The notes below the pieces were generated by a model. The model searched no databases. It had not been told where the DNA came from and was given only the letters and a program-made list of their open reading frames with translations. DNA of 55,592 nucleotides, counting the filler, from Jimgerdemannia flammicorona (taxonomy: Eukaryota), in assembly GCA_003990765.1 (NCBI GenBank). It is 3 parts of 3 records of this genome, joined end to end, with 100 filler letters (N's around TTAATTAATTAA, not from the genome) between each part and the next. Parts side by side here need not be neighbours in the genome. Positions count along the whole stretch, not along the records: positions 1 to 18,470 come from RBNJ01002206.1; positions 18,571 to 37,038 come from RBNJ01002207.1; 1 more part is not named here. The stretch is one strand, 5' to 3'. The position numbers and the translations under genes were made by a program. The first letter of the stretch is position 1. Each line of letters opens with the position of its first letter. Shown one piece after another: positions 13,805-25,800 of this stretch.

Positions 13805-15050
13805 TAATCTGTTGAAAAAACTTAGCCCATTTAGCCAAGGTAGCCTGTTGCTATTACTATTGAAGTTATTTATGATTCATAGTCAAAAAAAATTATTTTA
13901 GAGGAAGGTGAACTGCAAACTTTCAAAATGGCTAAAGGAACTCTGTAGGAGCTGAGACACTCTTTTATTACTATGTTTTACTTCTAGTTTTATATAATAT
14001 CTCACACATAAGTCTTAGATAGATGAATTTACAGTTGTATATAAAACTACTATATATATTTAAGATAAAATAAAGTATACTAATACTTTTAGGATGGTAT
14101 AAACCAACTCTGAAATAGTCTAGAATCAAGTGAAGCTTAGTTAAAAATATAATTAGATTATAAATTAGATATAGATAATTAATATATATTTACTTATATA
14201 TCTAGCTAATTATAGAGATAATTAGATTTTGTAAGTTAAGTAAGTTTGAGCTAATAGAGAGATTAGTTGAGAATAATTTATATTTTAATTAAGCTTTGAT
14301 CTATTTATTTAACTCTACATAGAGATGACAAAATTATCTAATAAGTAATAATAATATTAAAATATATTATGTATCTATATTGAAAGACTTAAAAATATAT
14401 ATAAACTACTAATGATAAATAACATATGATATATTGACTGATCATCTTATTTATTTACTTATAGAAAGTATAGAGTTGTTATCTATCTTATACTAAAAGA
14501 TATATATAGATATTAAGTCATATAATGAGAGTAAGCTACTGAAAGTCATAATTTGTATATTTGAGATATTTATAATAAGCACTATCATAGTTGTGAAACA
14601 ATTTATAGTAATGACTTCTCATTTATAATACTATAAGCAGATTATATATAGTACTAAGAATCTACTATTCTATTATGATATCTGATAGATCTAATATTGT
14701 TTAAGTTTCTAGTCCTATCACTGGACTATTCAAATAGCTAATTATCAAATAGGGTGATTTGATCAGTATGGAAAAATATCTTAATCCAAATAACTATCTC
14801 TTTCAGGATGAGTATGATGGAGAAGTTGATATCTGGCAGAAAGAGAGATAGATGGTAATATAGAAACTGAATACTATAGAAGCTCTTGATGTAATCAAGA
14901 TGATGATAGTAACTAGTACTTCTGATATATCTTATATTATTAAAAAAAATTATCTAATTATTCTGTTATATTATATATTTTGACAATTCTCATATGTGAA
15001 TATTCAGTTGAATGTTCTCTTTTCTTTTCTTTTCTGTTTCATTCATATTT
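13805..15050. other. Very AT-rich, TpA-rich relic, probably a heavily mutated repeat
   Basis: Almost no CpG, abundant TA dinucleotides and no identifiable protein motif. Confidence 0.4.
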
Positions 15051-15475
15051 ATAATATCAGCTCTTTAATTTAATTCTCTCTCTTCCTATATTAATTTCCT
15101 AGGTATTTATGTCCACTATTTGTATTTAATTCTTTCTCTTCCTATATCACTTTTTATTTTCCTTTGTATTATATTTAATTTTTCTCTTCCTATATCACTT
15201 TCTCACTTTTCTTTTGTATTCATGATGTCTACTCTTTTAATTTAATATTTCTCTTCCTTACATCACTCTTTAATTTCCTTTATATTTGTAATATCTGCTC
15301 TTTGCAATAATTCTTTCTCTTCCTACTTCACTTTTTCATTTTCCTTTGTATTTGCAATGTCTGCTATTTGCATTTAATTCTTCCTCTTTCTACATCACTT
15401 GCGGTGTCATTTGCGGTTTCCCATCACTTGCTGTTTCTCATCCCTTGCCGTTCCCCGTCACTTGTGGTTTCCCTT
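15050..15475. repeat. Degenerate pyrimidine-rich tandem repeat (~55-75-bp unit, ~6 copies), followed by short TCACTTG(C/T)GGT repeats
   Basis: Recurrent core TTTAATTCTTTCTCTTCCTA(C/T)ATCACTT. Confidence 0.7.
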
Positions 15476-15494
15476 CTGGAGTTTTCATGTCACA

Positions 15495-16940
15495 GCTGAT
15501 CGTGTTGTAACTTTGTTGCATGATTGTAGTGTTGATGTATTACGGCTTTAAATAACCTTCATTTCGATCAAGCAACGCTGACGGGCGAGTCGGACACAAT
15601 TCAGGGCTCCGTGGATGCAACGGACAACAACCTTCTAGAGACGCAGAATGAATCTCTGATGGCACATATACGGTGTCCGGGTCTGGCGTAGGGATGGTGC
15701 TATAGACGGGAGACAACACGTTATTTGGGAGAATCATCAACCTTTCTTCAGTTAAGCATACAGGGATGATGACTTTAATCATGAAATCATGCGATTCATC
15801 ATCATTAACGTCATCGCTGCCTATCGACAGGCGCCATCGTCGTGATTGTATGTGGTTCATGGGTGAACTGTGAATGCCCTGACCTCGTCGTGTCAGCGAA
15901 TCTTGTGAACATGATCTCGGTCATTGTGGCGTCCATGAGGGCCATCCAGTGGAAGGTACGCTCGCACTAACAATAAAAAGGTTATATGCAAGTCGCTGAC
16001 AATGGTCGAAACTTTGGGATCAGTGAACGGACAAGACTGGTACGTTGGCGCAGAACAGCGTGATTGTTTCCAACACCTCCATCGTGGACCATGAATTCAG
16101 CATGGCAGATGGAGCGTCATTCGACATAAAAACGCTCGACCTTTCGATGGAGGAATGCAAGATCAACGGCGATACAATCGATTCGGTGATCCTGCGATTT
16201 TCGGGACAGATTTCACCCGCCGCTCAAGAAACCGCAGGGTACGACAAGGTTTTATAATATGCCATTCAACTCCAAGAATAATTGGATGCTCAAGTTACTC
16301 AGACCTCGGACCGCTGCTGCCGTTCACCCCGAGTAATGTTCACCATGATGGAGACCCGGATGTGCTTCTGCGACGATGCACGTGAAGTCGCCGTTTTCTG
16401 ATGGGTGCTGATTGATCACGCTGAATGAATCATAATGGGAACTTATGTGTGCATACACAAAGATTGTGTCTGCGTGCATGACGCCCGAGCAGAAGCTGGG
16501 GATCATTCGCGATTTCCAATCACGCGGTAGGAAAACTCTTCTGCAGTGTTGAAGACGATGGAGTACAGGCGCCAATCTGAAAGAGGTGATCCTATTCCTA
16601 CTCCCCGCTGGTTCGAGGTCTGAGCTCTGACATTCGATCATCGATACATTTACCGGCCCACTGCAATCGTTGTCGTCGATCCATATGATCATCGTGTGTT
16701 ATTACGGACAGTTTCGCGGCGACGATGTTGGTACTTGAGGGCCCGGAGGCAGATGAGTTATTACTGCAGCCTAGAAATCCCAAATACAATGGCTGGGGAT
16801 TGGAAACTGCTTTGCCGGCGTATGGATTCATCAGGATGATTGAGATGATTTGTTAAATGGTGTTGGCATTCGGGAACTTTCTAGGAGAGGTTTTCCCTTC
16901 TCATGGGGTTCGCCGGGCGTCGATCAGAGCTCCCATGCGC
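15495..16940 (+). pseudogene. P-type (type II, Na+/K+-ATPase alpha-like) cation-transporting ATPase pseudogene with frameshifts and internal deletions
   Basis: Hand translation gives FDQATLTGES (TGES 15581-15592), TGDNTLFGRI, NMISVIVA, DKTGTLAQN (phosphorylation motif, 16030-16044), INGDTIDSVILRFS, PFNSKNNWM, GDPDVLLRRCT, TPEQKLGIIRDFQ, NLKEVILFLLPAGS and PEADELLLQPRNPK, all in canonical order. Probable GT-AG intron at 15956-16023 with a GCTGAC branch site. Confidence 0.9.
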
Positions 16941-18470
16941 AATATAATCTTAAATATATTGAATTACCTGCCTCTAAACTGTTAGTAATTTACTTGATAA
17001 CCAAATTTATATACTTTTCTCCTATTCATTTTGCGAAACCATAGCAGGTTCTCAATGGTTTCATTATAAATCGATTAAGTCAACGTTTAAATCCGCAACC
17101 CAAACCAAGGCATAATCAAACACTAACTGGACGTGCAATCCAATAGTTGTCTTAGCCTCAAGGGCAACATCGCCTCCATAATGACAGACTCAGCTTATAA
17201 TGATATACCCTGTGTCTGCGTCGATGACATTAAGCTTGGTGCATGTCTTGCTGTGCTGGTTGCCAAGTGTGTTTGAGCATTCGTTGTTGAGTTTCAAAGA
17301 TATTATCAATCTATTTCATATCTGCACCGCACCAAATCTTCACTTATTAAAAGTGGTCTCCCCAAAAGGCACGCTACCAGCGGCGTTCAAGCTTTCATTT
17401 GGAGATTTTACAAAAAAAAAAAAATGTTGACGATCGATTTCATTGCATAACAAATATTTTAATAAATATGTTACAATTCACTTAGAGTGTTCATGGCGAG
17501 GGTGGTGAGTTCAGGACGGTGTTCAAAGTGGAGTGTAGTTCGGCGAATTTCGATAGGTATTGGACGTTAAAAATAATTGTAACAACGCCCAGCTTGCGAA
17601 AGCTCGAACGACTTAAGAAAGCGTGTTGCTTGTTGGTTCCCTTAACCTCATGATTTCCAATAGTGAAATGGTGCCGCGCAGGTTAGTCATTGAACCTTCA
17701 TTGGTTGGCGATCAGTTGTGTTGTCTCGAGAGGAGCATTGTTAAGATACTCTATCAACAGGTTACTTATCGTTATCTTTGTCACTTGGTAGGTTATTTCT
17801 GTATCCTCCTTCTCGGTCGTTATTTGAGAATTCGGGCTGGGTCTTGCTATGTACGACCCTCGAAAACCTTATCCTACAAGCACATTGTTGGCATCCTATT
17901 GTGAAATCTGTGCCATACTTAGGGATATGTACATCGTTTTCCTACGGTTATTATGAACGATGCTAATGGCTCTCAATTCCTAATAATTTTTTCCATTCAT
18001 AACATAAAATCAATGCCATTCTGCCAGACCACCGGGCGGGCCAAGGCGGGAAATTAATTTCTCCGAGCTTTTCAAAAAAATAAAAATAAAATAAAAACAC
18101 TCATCACAACACCTTAACTGATTCCATTCAAGCGACGAGGCAGATATTCTTATGCCGGGCTTATCAAAATAACTATGGCTCTGGGTGGCAGTTCCGGTCG
18201 AGCGATGAACTCCGTTGGTGTAGGGATGGGAACGAATGGAGGCCCAGTGTACGACCAGCTACTATCTCTATCCGGCGCCTTTGTAGTTTATGCTTACCCC
18301 CATTCATTTCCTCCACCCAAATGCTAGTCATCCCCTATCTGTTGCCATGCCATCTTCCAATTCACCACACCGTCAATCACGACGCACCTTGCCCTAACAA
18401 CCATTCTCTATTCTATGATTTCTAAAGCTTTCGTCCATAATATCTATTACGATGAAGCACGGCGGTCGTG

Positions 18471-18570
18471 NNNNNNNNNNNNNNNNNNNNNNNNNNNNNN
18501 NNNNNNNNNNNNNNTTAATTAATTAANNNNNNNNNNNNNNNNNNNNNNNNNNNNNNNNNNNNNNNNNNNN
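18471..18570. other. Assembly gap with TTAATTAATTAA linker
   Basis: N run with a central stop-rich palindromic linker. Confidence 0.95.
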
Positions 18571-18749
18571 AAGGTGTATCTCTTAGACTAACTCAAGTTT
18601 GTTATAAGTAAGTTCTTATTGGAGTACCTTCCCAAGGTCTTATAGTCCTCAAACTTCTTATCTTTAACTGTCTTGTTATCTCTTAGATTGCTTGCAAGGA
18701 AGTGTATAAGTGAAACCAGAACTGACTTTATTTCAGAGGAAATAAGAGG

Positions 18750-19153
18750 TGTAATGGTTCTAGTTTCTAAATAAGGAAGCGACTAGTTCTGGTGGTCCTA
18801 AGTAGCTCGAAGAGATACTAAGGATTCAAGTATTCTTGAAGGATTTCTGAAAGAAAATATTCTGAGACTTTATTCATGAAAACAAAGGGGATATTTATAC
18901 AAGATCTGAAAGAAGGATCCAGAAGGATCTGAGAAATCAAAGGAAAATGCCAAGAGGAAAGTTCTCAGCAAAGATGACAAATGATGACAAATAAAGTTCT
19001 ACAAGTTTCCAGGACATTCAGTGACTAACTAAATAAGTACTAGTTAATGCTTGGTGCCAAGAAGGGGATTTCTAAGTGTGCAGAAAGTGCTGGAAGGTTA
19101 TAGAATATTCAAGAAAGACAGAGAAAAGAAATAAACTATGCAAAAATGTTACA
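18750..19153 (-). repeat. 3' LTR of C
   Basis: TGTAA...TTACA termini; direct repeat of 34796-35199. Confidence 0.95.
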
Positions 19154-19466
19154 TCTCCCCCTCCTTAAGAATCAACATCCTTATTGAATTCTCAAAGTTA
19201 CACATGATAAACAATAAGACTAAAAGAAACTTCAAATTAAATATATCGACTCATTGGCAAGGATTGGCCATCCTTGTATAAGGTGAGGGCCAAAGTATCA
19301 TCTTGATCAGATGAGAACTGGTTTGAACCTCATTGGTTACAGGATTTATAGGGTTCTCCTGTATCTCTTATTTCTGATACTGTATCCCTTAGAGAGCCCT
19401 GATGCGTAATGTGCCTGATCAGCACAGTAGGTCATCTACTATCTAAGGGGAGAACCTCATGGGCAG

Positions 19467-20606
19467 TCAATGAGTTCCTTTTTGCTCAAACTCTTGGATG
19501 AGGTCTTGAGAGTTCTTGAGATTGGCGGCAGGTTCCCAGGTAGTGTCATATTCAGGGTAATCCATCCACTTGACTAGGTATTCTGTGCGACAGTATCAGA
19601 CTTGCTTGTCTAAGATTTTCTTGACTTCATACTCAATGTGGTCTTCAACTATGACTAGTGCTGATGGTATTGGAATTTGGCCAGGGTATGGGGGTGACTG
19701 GTTCTAGGCCTTGAGTTGTGACATATGGAATACTGGGTGTATATGCATGGTTGTTGGCAAGTTGAGGCAATAAGACCAGATAGAGACTTGCTCGGTGATT
19801 TTGAAGGGTCTAAGGTACTTGGGCTGGAATTTGGCTGACTGGCGGTTGACTTGAGATTGAGCCTTGATGTTGTCAGCTTTGAGTAGAACCATATCACCAA
19901 TGTTGTATATAATATCTCGCCGCTTCTTATCTGCATACTTAGCTTGATATTGCTGAGCCTTTTGCAGGTTTGTAGTGGTGATCTTGAGAAGGGAATCCAT
20001 TTTGTCGATAAGGTTCTGGGCTGTGGGGACTTGTGTGTGACTGGATTGCTGGAATTGGACTAGACTCGCAGGGGTCTTGGGGTTTTGACTGTGAAGTAGC
20101 TAAAATGGGGAAAGACCAGTTGATGATTGGTTGGCATTGTTGTAGGCAAACTCAGCATAGGTCAGATAGTGGTCCCAATCATCTTGCTCATAAGACACAT
20201 AGTTTCTGAGCATTTGTTCAAGTGTTCTGTTCATTCGCTCGGTCTGTCCATCAGTTTGAGGATAGAAGGCAGTGGACATAGCAATTTGGGTTCCAAGGGT
20301 CTTGAAGAGTGCTTGCCAGAAGTGACTTGTGAACTTGGGGTCGCGGTTGCTGATAATTACTCAGGGAAGTCCATAATGATGGAAGACAGTCTTGAAGAAG
20401 ATTCTTGCAATTTCTGGGATAGTGGCATTGGTTGTGGTTGGCTCAGTGATTGTAATCTTGGTGAGACAGTCCACAAACACAACAATAGCATCATAGCCTG
20501 TTTTGGTTCGTGGGAGTTGTACAATGAAGTCCATTGTAACTTATTCGAACTTCTTGGTTGGAATTGGCAGAGGTTGCAGAAGACCGGCAGGTGCTTGGTT
20601 GCTTGA
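19467..20606 (-). pseudogene. pol: C integrase core, GPF/Y motif and chromodomain (3' part of pol)
   Basis: PAGLLQPLPIP, ORF 19704..20000 (KFQPKYLRPF..HPVFHMSQLK) and YLVKWMDYPEYDTTWEP. Confidence 0.92.
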
Positions 20607-22659
20607 TATAAGAGGGTTGCTTTTTAGAGTAACTGTTACATAGTTCTGAAAGGGTTTTCTAGAAGTTCTGGATTTTCTGGAAGACCATTTTCTTATGGTC
20701 AAGATCAATTTCATATGGAGTACGTCCTCTATGCTTATTGATTTCAAGATCGAGTTGATGTCTCAACCAAAGTCCTTTCTCAGACTAGTTCTGGATGTTC
20801 AGAATTTTCTGTATTTCAGGAAGTTCAAGAAACTAAGACCAGCTTAGTTGAATTGGCATATCACTGCAGACAATACCCAATTAGAAAATTTCATGATGGG
20901 GTTAGGAGTGGGACCTAACAGGGAGCGGATTTACTTAAGAGTGGTTTGTGGGTTATTAAATAAGTTTATTCACTATTCATGATATTGCTATACTAGGAGT
21001 AGTTGTGTAAAGGAATATTGTGGGGAAGTATTCAGGAATGTTCTTATGTATTCGAGTCTAAAATTCTGAGGTCTGGGGGAGGGGGTATTTATACTAGTGA
21101 GGGGCTATCTGGACTATGCTAGATATGGATGTAGCACTAAGTGCCTTTCTGAGTCATAATGCAGTCATGTAGTACAAGTGTGATCTGACATGTCAAGAGA
21201 TCGCTGAGTCAGTTCACAGTCATGTCATACAATGCTAATCTAACTATACTATGACTGCTAGGCTATTTATAGGTTTAGGTACTGTCTGAGTAGTCTTCAA
21301 TGACATCACCATCAATTGCATCATCTCTAATGAAGTAGTCATCTAGGAAAAGTGGTTTGCAGATTACTTCTCCTTGTTTGCTGAGGTAGTAATATATTGG
21401 AACTTCATCTTCATCCCACAGGATAGCATCGTCTGTCTCGTATGCTGGATAAGGTGTTGGTGGGCGAAGAATGGGTGTATTGTCTTCACTTTCATCAGAT
21501 TCGCTGTCTGCATACCTTCTATAGGTTACAGCACTATGAGTCGCGGGGTTGTAGTAAGCTGGTGGCTGTAGTTCATGTCGCTCATACTCAGGTGGCGGAG
21601 TTGTTGGTTCAATTTCGAGAGTTGTCTGAAGGTATAGGTTGTGTTCTCTGGTCTCTTTATTGTAGTTGAAATAATCAGGAGTAAATGTGGGTTGGTATTC
21701 ATATCAGTGGTTGTTGTCTCAATAAGTCTCGTATGTAGTTATGAACTATTATAAGTTTATCGGTAAGATTGGCAGAGTAATCAGAGTTGGCAGAGATCCT
21801 TGGCTAGAGGTCATATCGGCATCGGAGGGGTCATTGTCTTCTGCTTCGTCTTCATCAAAGTGGATTATATCATAGATGTCTTTCATGGCATATCCAACTT
21901 GGGGCATTTGCAGGATGTGATCATTGGGGTGTGGAAAGGTTCTGTCTGTGGTTTCGATGTACTTGAGGTACTTCTGGTTGAGTTCTTGTATCATGTCATC
22001 AATTTGACCATAGGATAAGGTAGCAACCATTTTACTGGTAGTAACTCGGAGGCAGGGAATAATGGTACTGTACTCATAGAAGAGTTCTCGATATTTGCGG
22101 GTGATGAGCTTCTGGTGTTGAGACATCTGGATAATGTCTGTATCATGGTGGTGTTCGACCATGTCTTCCAGGAGGCGGCCGATCTGGTAGTAGCTTGAGA
22201 TTTGTCTGATTCGGTGGGCCTCACTAAGCATGTTCAGAGCATTCCATTGGGCTTCCACGAAGTAGAGGGGTGCTAGGCTATGGATATTCATGAGGGGCAG
22301 AGGGGGTGTAGCTCAGTTGACAATGGCATTCCAAATGTCAGCACAGATACAGTTGTAGATCTCAGTGGTCATATTTGTGTGTTTGGAAGTTGTGGTTGTT
22401 GTTTGTTTTGGTTCTCTTGATTCGATGCATCTTGGTGCTTGGTATATATACATTTAGTCCTGATTGGTAAGATTCTGTTTATGTAAATCTTATGTTCTGT
22501 GACTTCATATTGACTTAGCTTTGTGTGCTGTGACTTCGGTTTGACTTAGCTTCATGATCAAGCAGGTGATTTCCAGATTTGTTCAGGGTTGTGTGTGATT
22601 TCAGTGGCTTGTTCAGAGGGTGACGTATAATTTCAGTGGTTTGGGGTTGTGCGCTTACA
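20607..22659 (-). repeat. 3' LTR of B (2053 bp)
   Basis: TGTAAGCGC start at 22659, preceded by PPT 22660-22673. Confidence 0.95.
21275..22372 (-). pseudogene. LTR-embedded accessory ORF, copy B3'
   Basis: 1098 bp; contains the 180-aa track ORF 21749..22291 in frame. Confidence 0.82.
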
Positions 22660-22864
22660 ACTCTCCCCTTCTTAGCTTTCGACATCCTTGTCAGGGCCTT
22701 CTAATTTAGTTCAGTAGTACTGGGAGAATAGGCTTGCTTTCAGTTTTGCCATTTCTCTAGAGAGTCAGTATTCTTGTCTTGTTTTGCTGAGTTCTTGGTC
22801 TGGTTTGCGATAATTATAATGTTCAGGAGGATAGTGTGTACTGATAGGTGCAGAGTATTTGGTT

Positions 22865-25800
22865 CTAGTTGTTCAAGGAATCATATTCCTGAACTAGATC
22901 GGTAGCATTCTGGAGATTGGTCTTGGGTTCCCAGGTTGCATCATAGATCAGGTAATCTTTCCATTTGACAAGGTACTCAGGATGGTTCTTGTTGCCACAT
23001 TTGTTGAGGATTTGTTCAACTTCATACTCTTCTTGGTCATTAATAATGACAGGTGCAGGTGGTTTGGTGGTCTGGTTTGGAAATAGCTTGTCATCATTCT
23101 CATTGTATTGCTTGAGATGTTGAACATTAAAGACTGGGTAAATCTTAATAGTGTCCAGTAGTGCCAGTTTGTAGGAGGTTGGAGAGACTTGTGCAATGAC
23201 TTCAAATGGTCCAATGAACTTGCTGTTCAGCTTTGTAGATGGTCTGTGCTTGAGGTTATCAACTCGGTATCCTCTGATGTCCAGTAGGACTTTTTCTCCA
23301 ATATCAAAGATTTCTTCTTGGCAGTGTTGATTAACATACTGTGATTGTTGTTCTTGAGCTCGTGATAAATTCTCGATTGCAATCTGGCTCAGATTGCCCA
23401 TTTGGAGTAGGAATTCTTCAACAGCTTCAACTGTGGAGGGTTCTTCAGTGGTCCGGATAAGTGTCAAAGGGATGTTTGGGTTTTGTTCAGTATTGGCGAA
23501 GAATGGGGTCATTCCGAGAGAGGCTTGCTTACTATTGTTGTAGGCAAACTCGACTGCGGTGAGGTGTTCATGCCAGTCATCTTGTCTGTAGAAAACATAG
23601 TTCCTTAGCATTTGTTCCAGAGTTCAGTTCATTCTTTTAGTTTGGCCATCAGTTTCTGGGTGAAAGGCTGTGGATAGTGCAAGTTTTGTTCCAAGGTGTG
23701 CATGGAGGGCTTTCCAAAAATGGCTGGTGAATTTCGGATCTCAGTCACTAATAATGGTCTTAGGAAGACCGTGATAGCAGAAGATCTTGTCAAACAAGAG
23801 TGTGGCTATGTCTGGTGCTGTTGCGGTGGTGGTAGTTGGTACAAAGTGGGCTTGTTTACTGAGATAGTCTACAAAGACAACAATTGCATCTTTCCCATTC
23901 TTGGTTCGGGGTAGTTGTATAATGAAGTCCATAGAGATTTGTTTTCAATTTGTGGATGGTACTGGGATAGGGTGGAGTAAGCCGGGTTTTGCTAGTGTTG
24001 AAGACTTGTTTCGTTGGCAGACATCACAGGAAGTGATGTAGGTCTTGAGTTGATCTGCCATACAGGGCCAATAGAAGTTTCGAGAGATAACTTCATAGCA
24101 TTTGTCAAATTCTAAATGTCCAGCTATAGGTGCATCATGAGATTCGAATAGGATAGTCCTTTAGAGGTCTCGGTTGTTTGGAACATACAGTCTGTCCTTG
24201 TAGTAGATAGCATTGTCCTTGAGTTGGTATTGGTTGTACCGGGTATGCTTGTCAGCATCGTCACTGTTCAGGATTTCTCGGAGTGCCTGAGCTTCCTTAT
24301 CATTAGCACATGCTGTGATAATTTGTTCCATGATGGAGTTTGTAACCAAGGTGAGAGTTTGGATAATCTCTTCAATTGGTGGTCTGGAGATTGCATCGGC
24401 AACAATATTTTCCTTGCCAGGGTGGTACTGAATTTCATAGTCAAAGTTGGTGAGGACTTTCATCCATCTGGCTTGTTTTCGAGAAAGGGTAGCCTGTGTC
24501 TTGATGTTGACTAATGACTTGTGGTCAGTCAATACAGTGAAGTGTGCTCCTTCTAGGTATGGTCGTCATTTGATCAGAGTGTCTACGATAGCTAACATTT
24601 CCTTCTCGTGGGTTGCGTAGTTAATTTCGGCATCATTGAACTTGCAGGAGTGATAGGCCACAGGGTGTCCTTCTTGCATGAGCACTGCTCCAAGGGCTAG
24701 GTCAGAGGCATCAGTAGTGACTTCATATGGTAGGACAGGATTTACTGCTTAAAGTACTGGAGTGGTTATCAGGGCATCTTTCAGTACTTGAAAGGTGGTA
24801 TCTTGTTCGGGTCCCCAATTTACAAGATTGTTGAAGTCTTTCTCTTGTTTCATGGTCCAGAGTTATTCTTGTTTCTTGCTGTGCTTGGTCATTTGGGTGA
24901 GGGCAGTAGCGATTTTAGCAAAGTTGGCAACAAATTACCTGTAATAGTTTGCTAATCCCAGAAATGACTGGAGGTCTTTCAGCTTCTTAGGTCTGGGCCA
25001 ATCCTTGATTGCAGAGATTTTGCTGGGGTCCACTTTGATTTCATTTGGAGTGACAATGTGTCTAAGGAATTGAATTTCTTTCAGAAGAAATTCACACTTG
25101 CTGAGTTTTGCAAAGAGTCAGTTTTCTCGGAGTTTCAGTAGTACTAGTTCAAGGTGTTCAAGATATTCCTCCAGGGTTTTGCTGAAGACTAGGATGTCGT
25201 CAATGTAGACAACAACGAATTTGTCCAAGTATGGATGCAGAATAGTATTCATCAGTGTCTGGAAGGTTGCTGGAGCATTAGTTAAGCCAAAGGGCATAAC
25301 CAGGAACTCGAAGTGTCTATAGCAAGTTTGGAAAGCTGTCTTGTAGATGTCTTCTTCTTTCATGGCAATTTGCCAGTAACCATTTCACAGGTCAAAAGAG
25401 CTCATGAATTGTGGGTTGGTGAGCCTATCGAATATTTCATCAATTCTTGGTAGTGGGCAACAGTTCTTGATGGTCTGTTCATTGAGATCACGGTAGTCAA
25501 TGCACATTCGTAGGTCTCCTCCTTTCTTGACAACAAAGAGAACTGGTGCACCATAGGGTGATACACTGGGTCTGATGAATTCTTGTTCTAGGAGTTCATC
25601 AATTTCTTTCTTGAGTGCATCAATTTCTCTTGGAGACATGTGGTAGATTGATTTGAAGGTGGCATCTGGGATAGTCTTGATGGCATGGTCTACTGCTCAT
25701 TTGGGAGGTAGGCCTTTTGGGAGCTTCTTCGGAAATATGTCTCAGAATTTTTGGAGTAGTGGTCTGACATGGCTGTCAACTTTGGAAAAATCTTCTTCAG

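Noticed and set aside
15050..15475. CRISPR-like array (also the repeats at 47545-47615 and 35290-35445)
   Set aside because: The repeats are degenerate, lack unique constant-length spacers and have no cas genes; the context is eukaryotic.
15540..15860. Minus-strand ORFs here and at 16324-16831 with a vague von Willebrand A-like look
   Set aside because: They are antisense to clear P-type ATPase motifs on the plus strand.
17050..18470. Short ORFs (17200, 17623, 17778) as host genes
   Set aside because: No recognisable motifs or consistent exon structure; left unannotated.
18471..18570. TTAATTAATTAA palindrome within Ns (also at 37039-37138)
   Set aside because: Artificial contig-joining linker. 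Adjacency across these gaps is not evidence of real linkage.
21275..22372. Accessory ORF as an env gene
   Set aside because: No signal peptide, transmembrane segment or furin-type site is visible, and it lies inside the LTR rather than between pol and the PPT.
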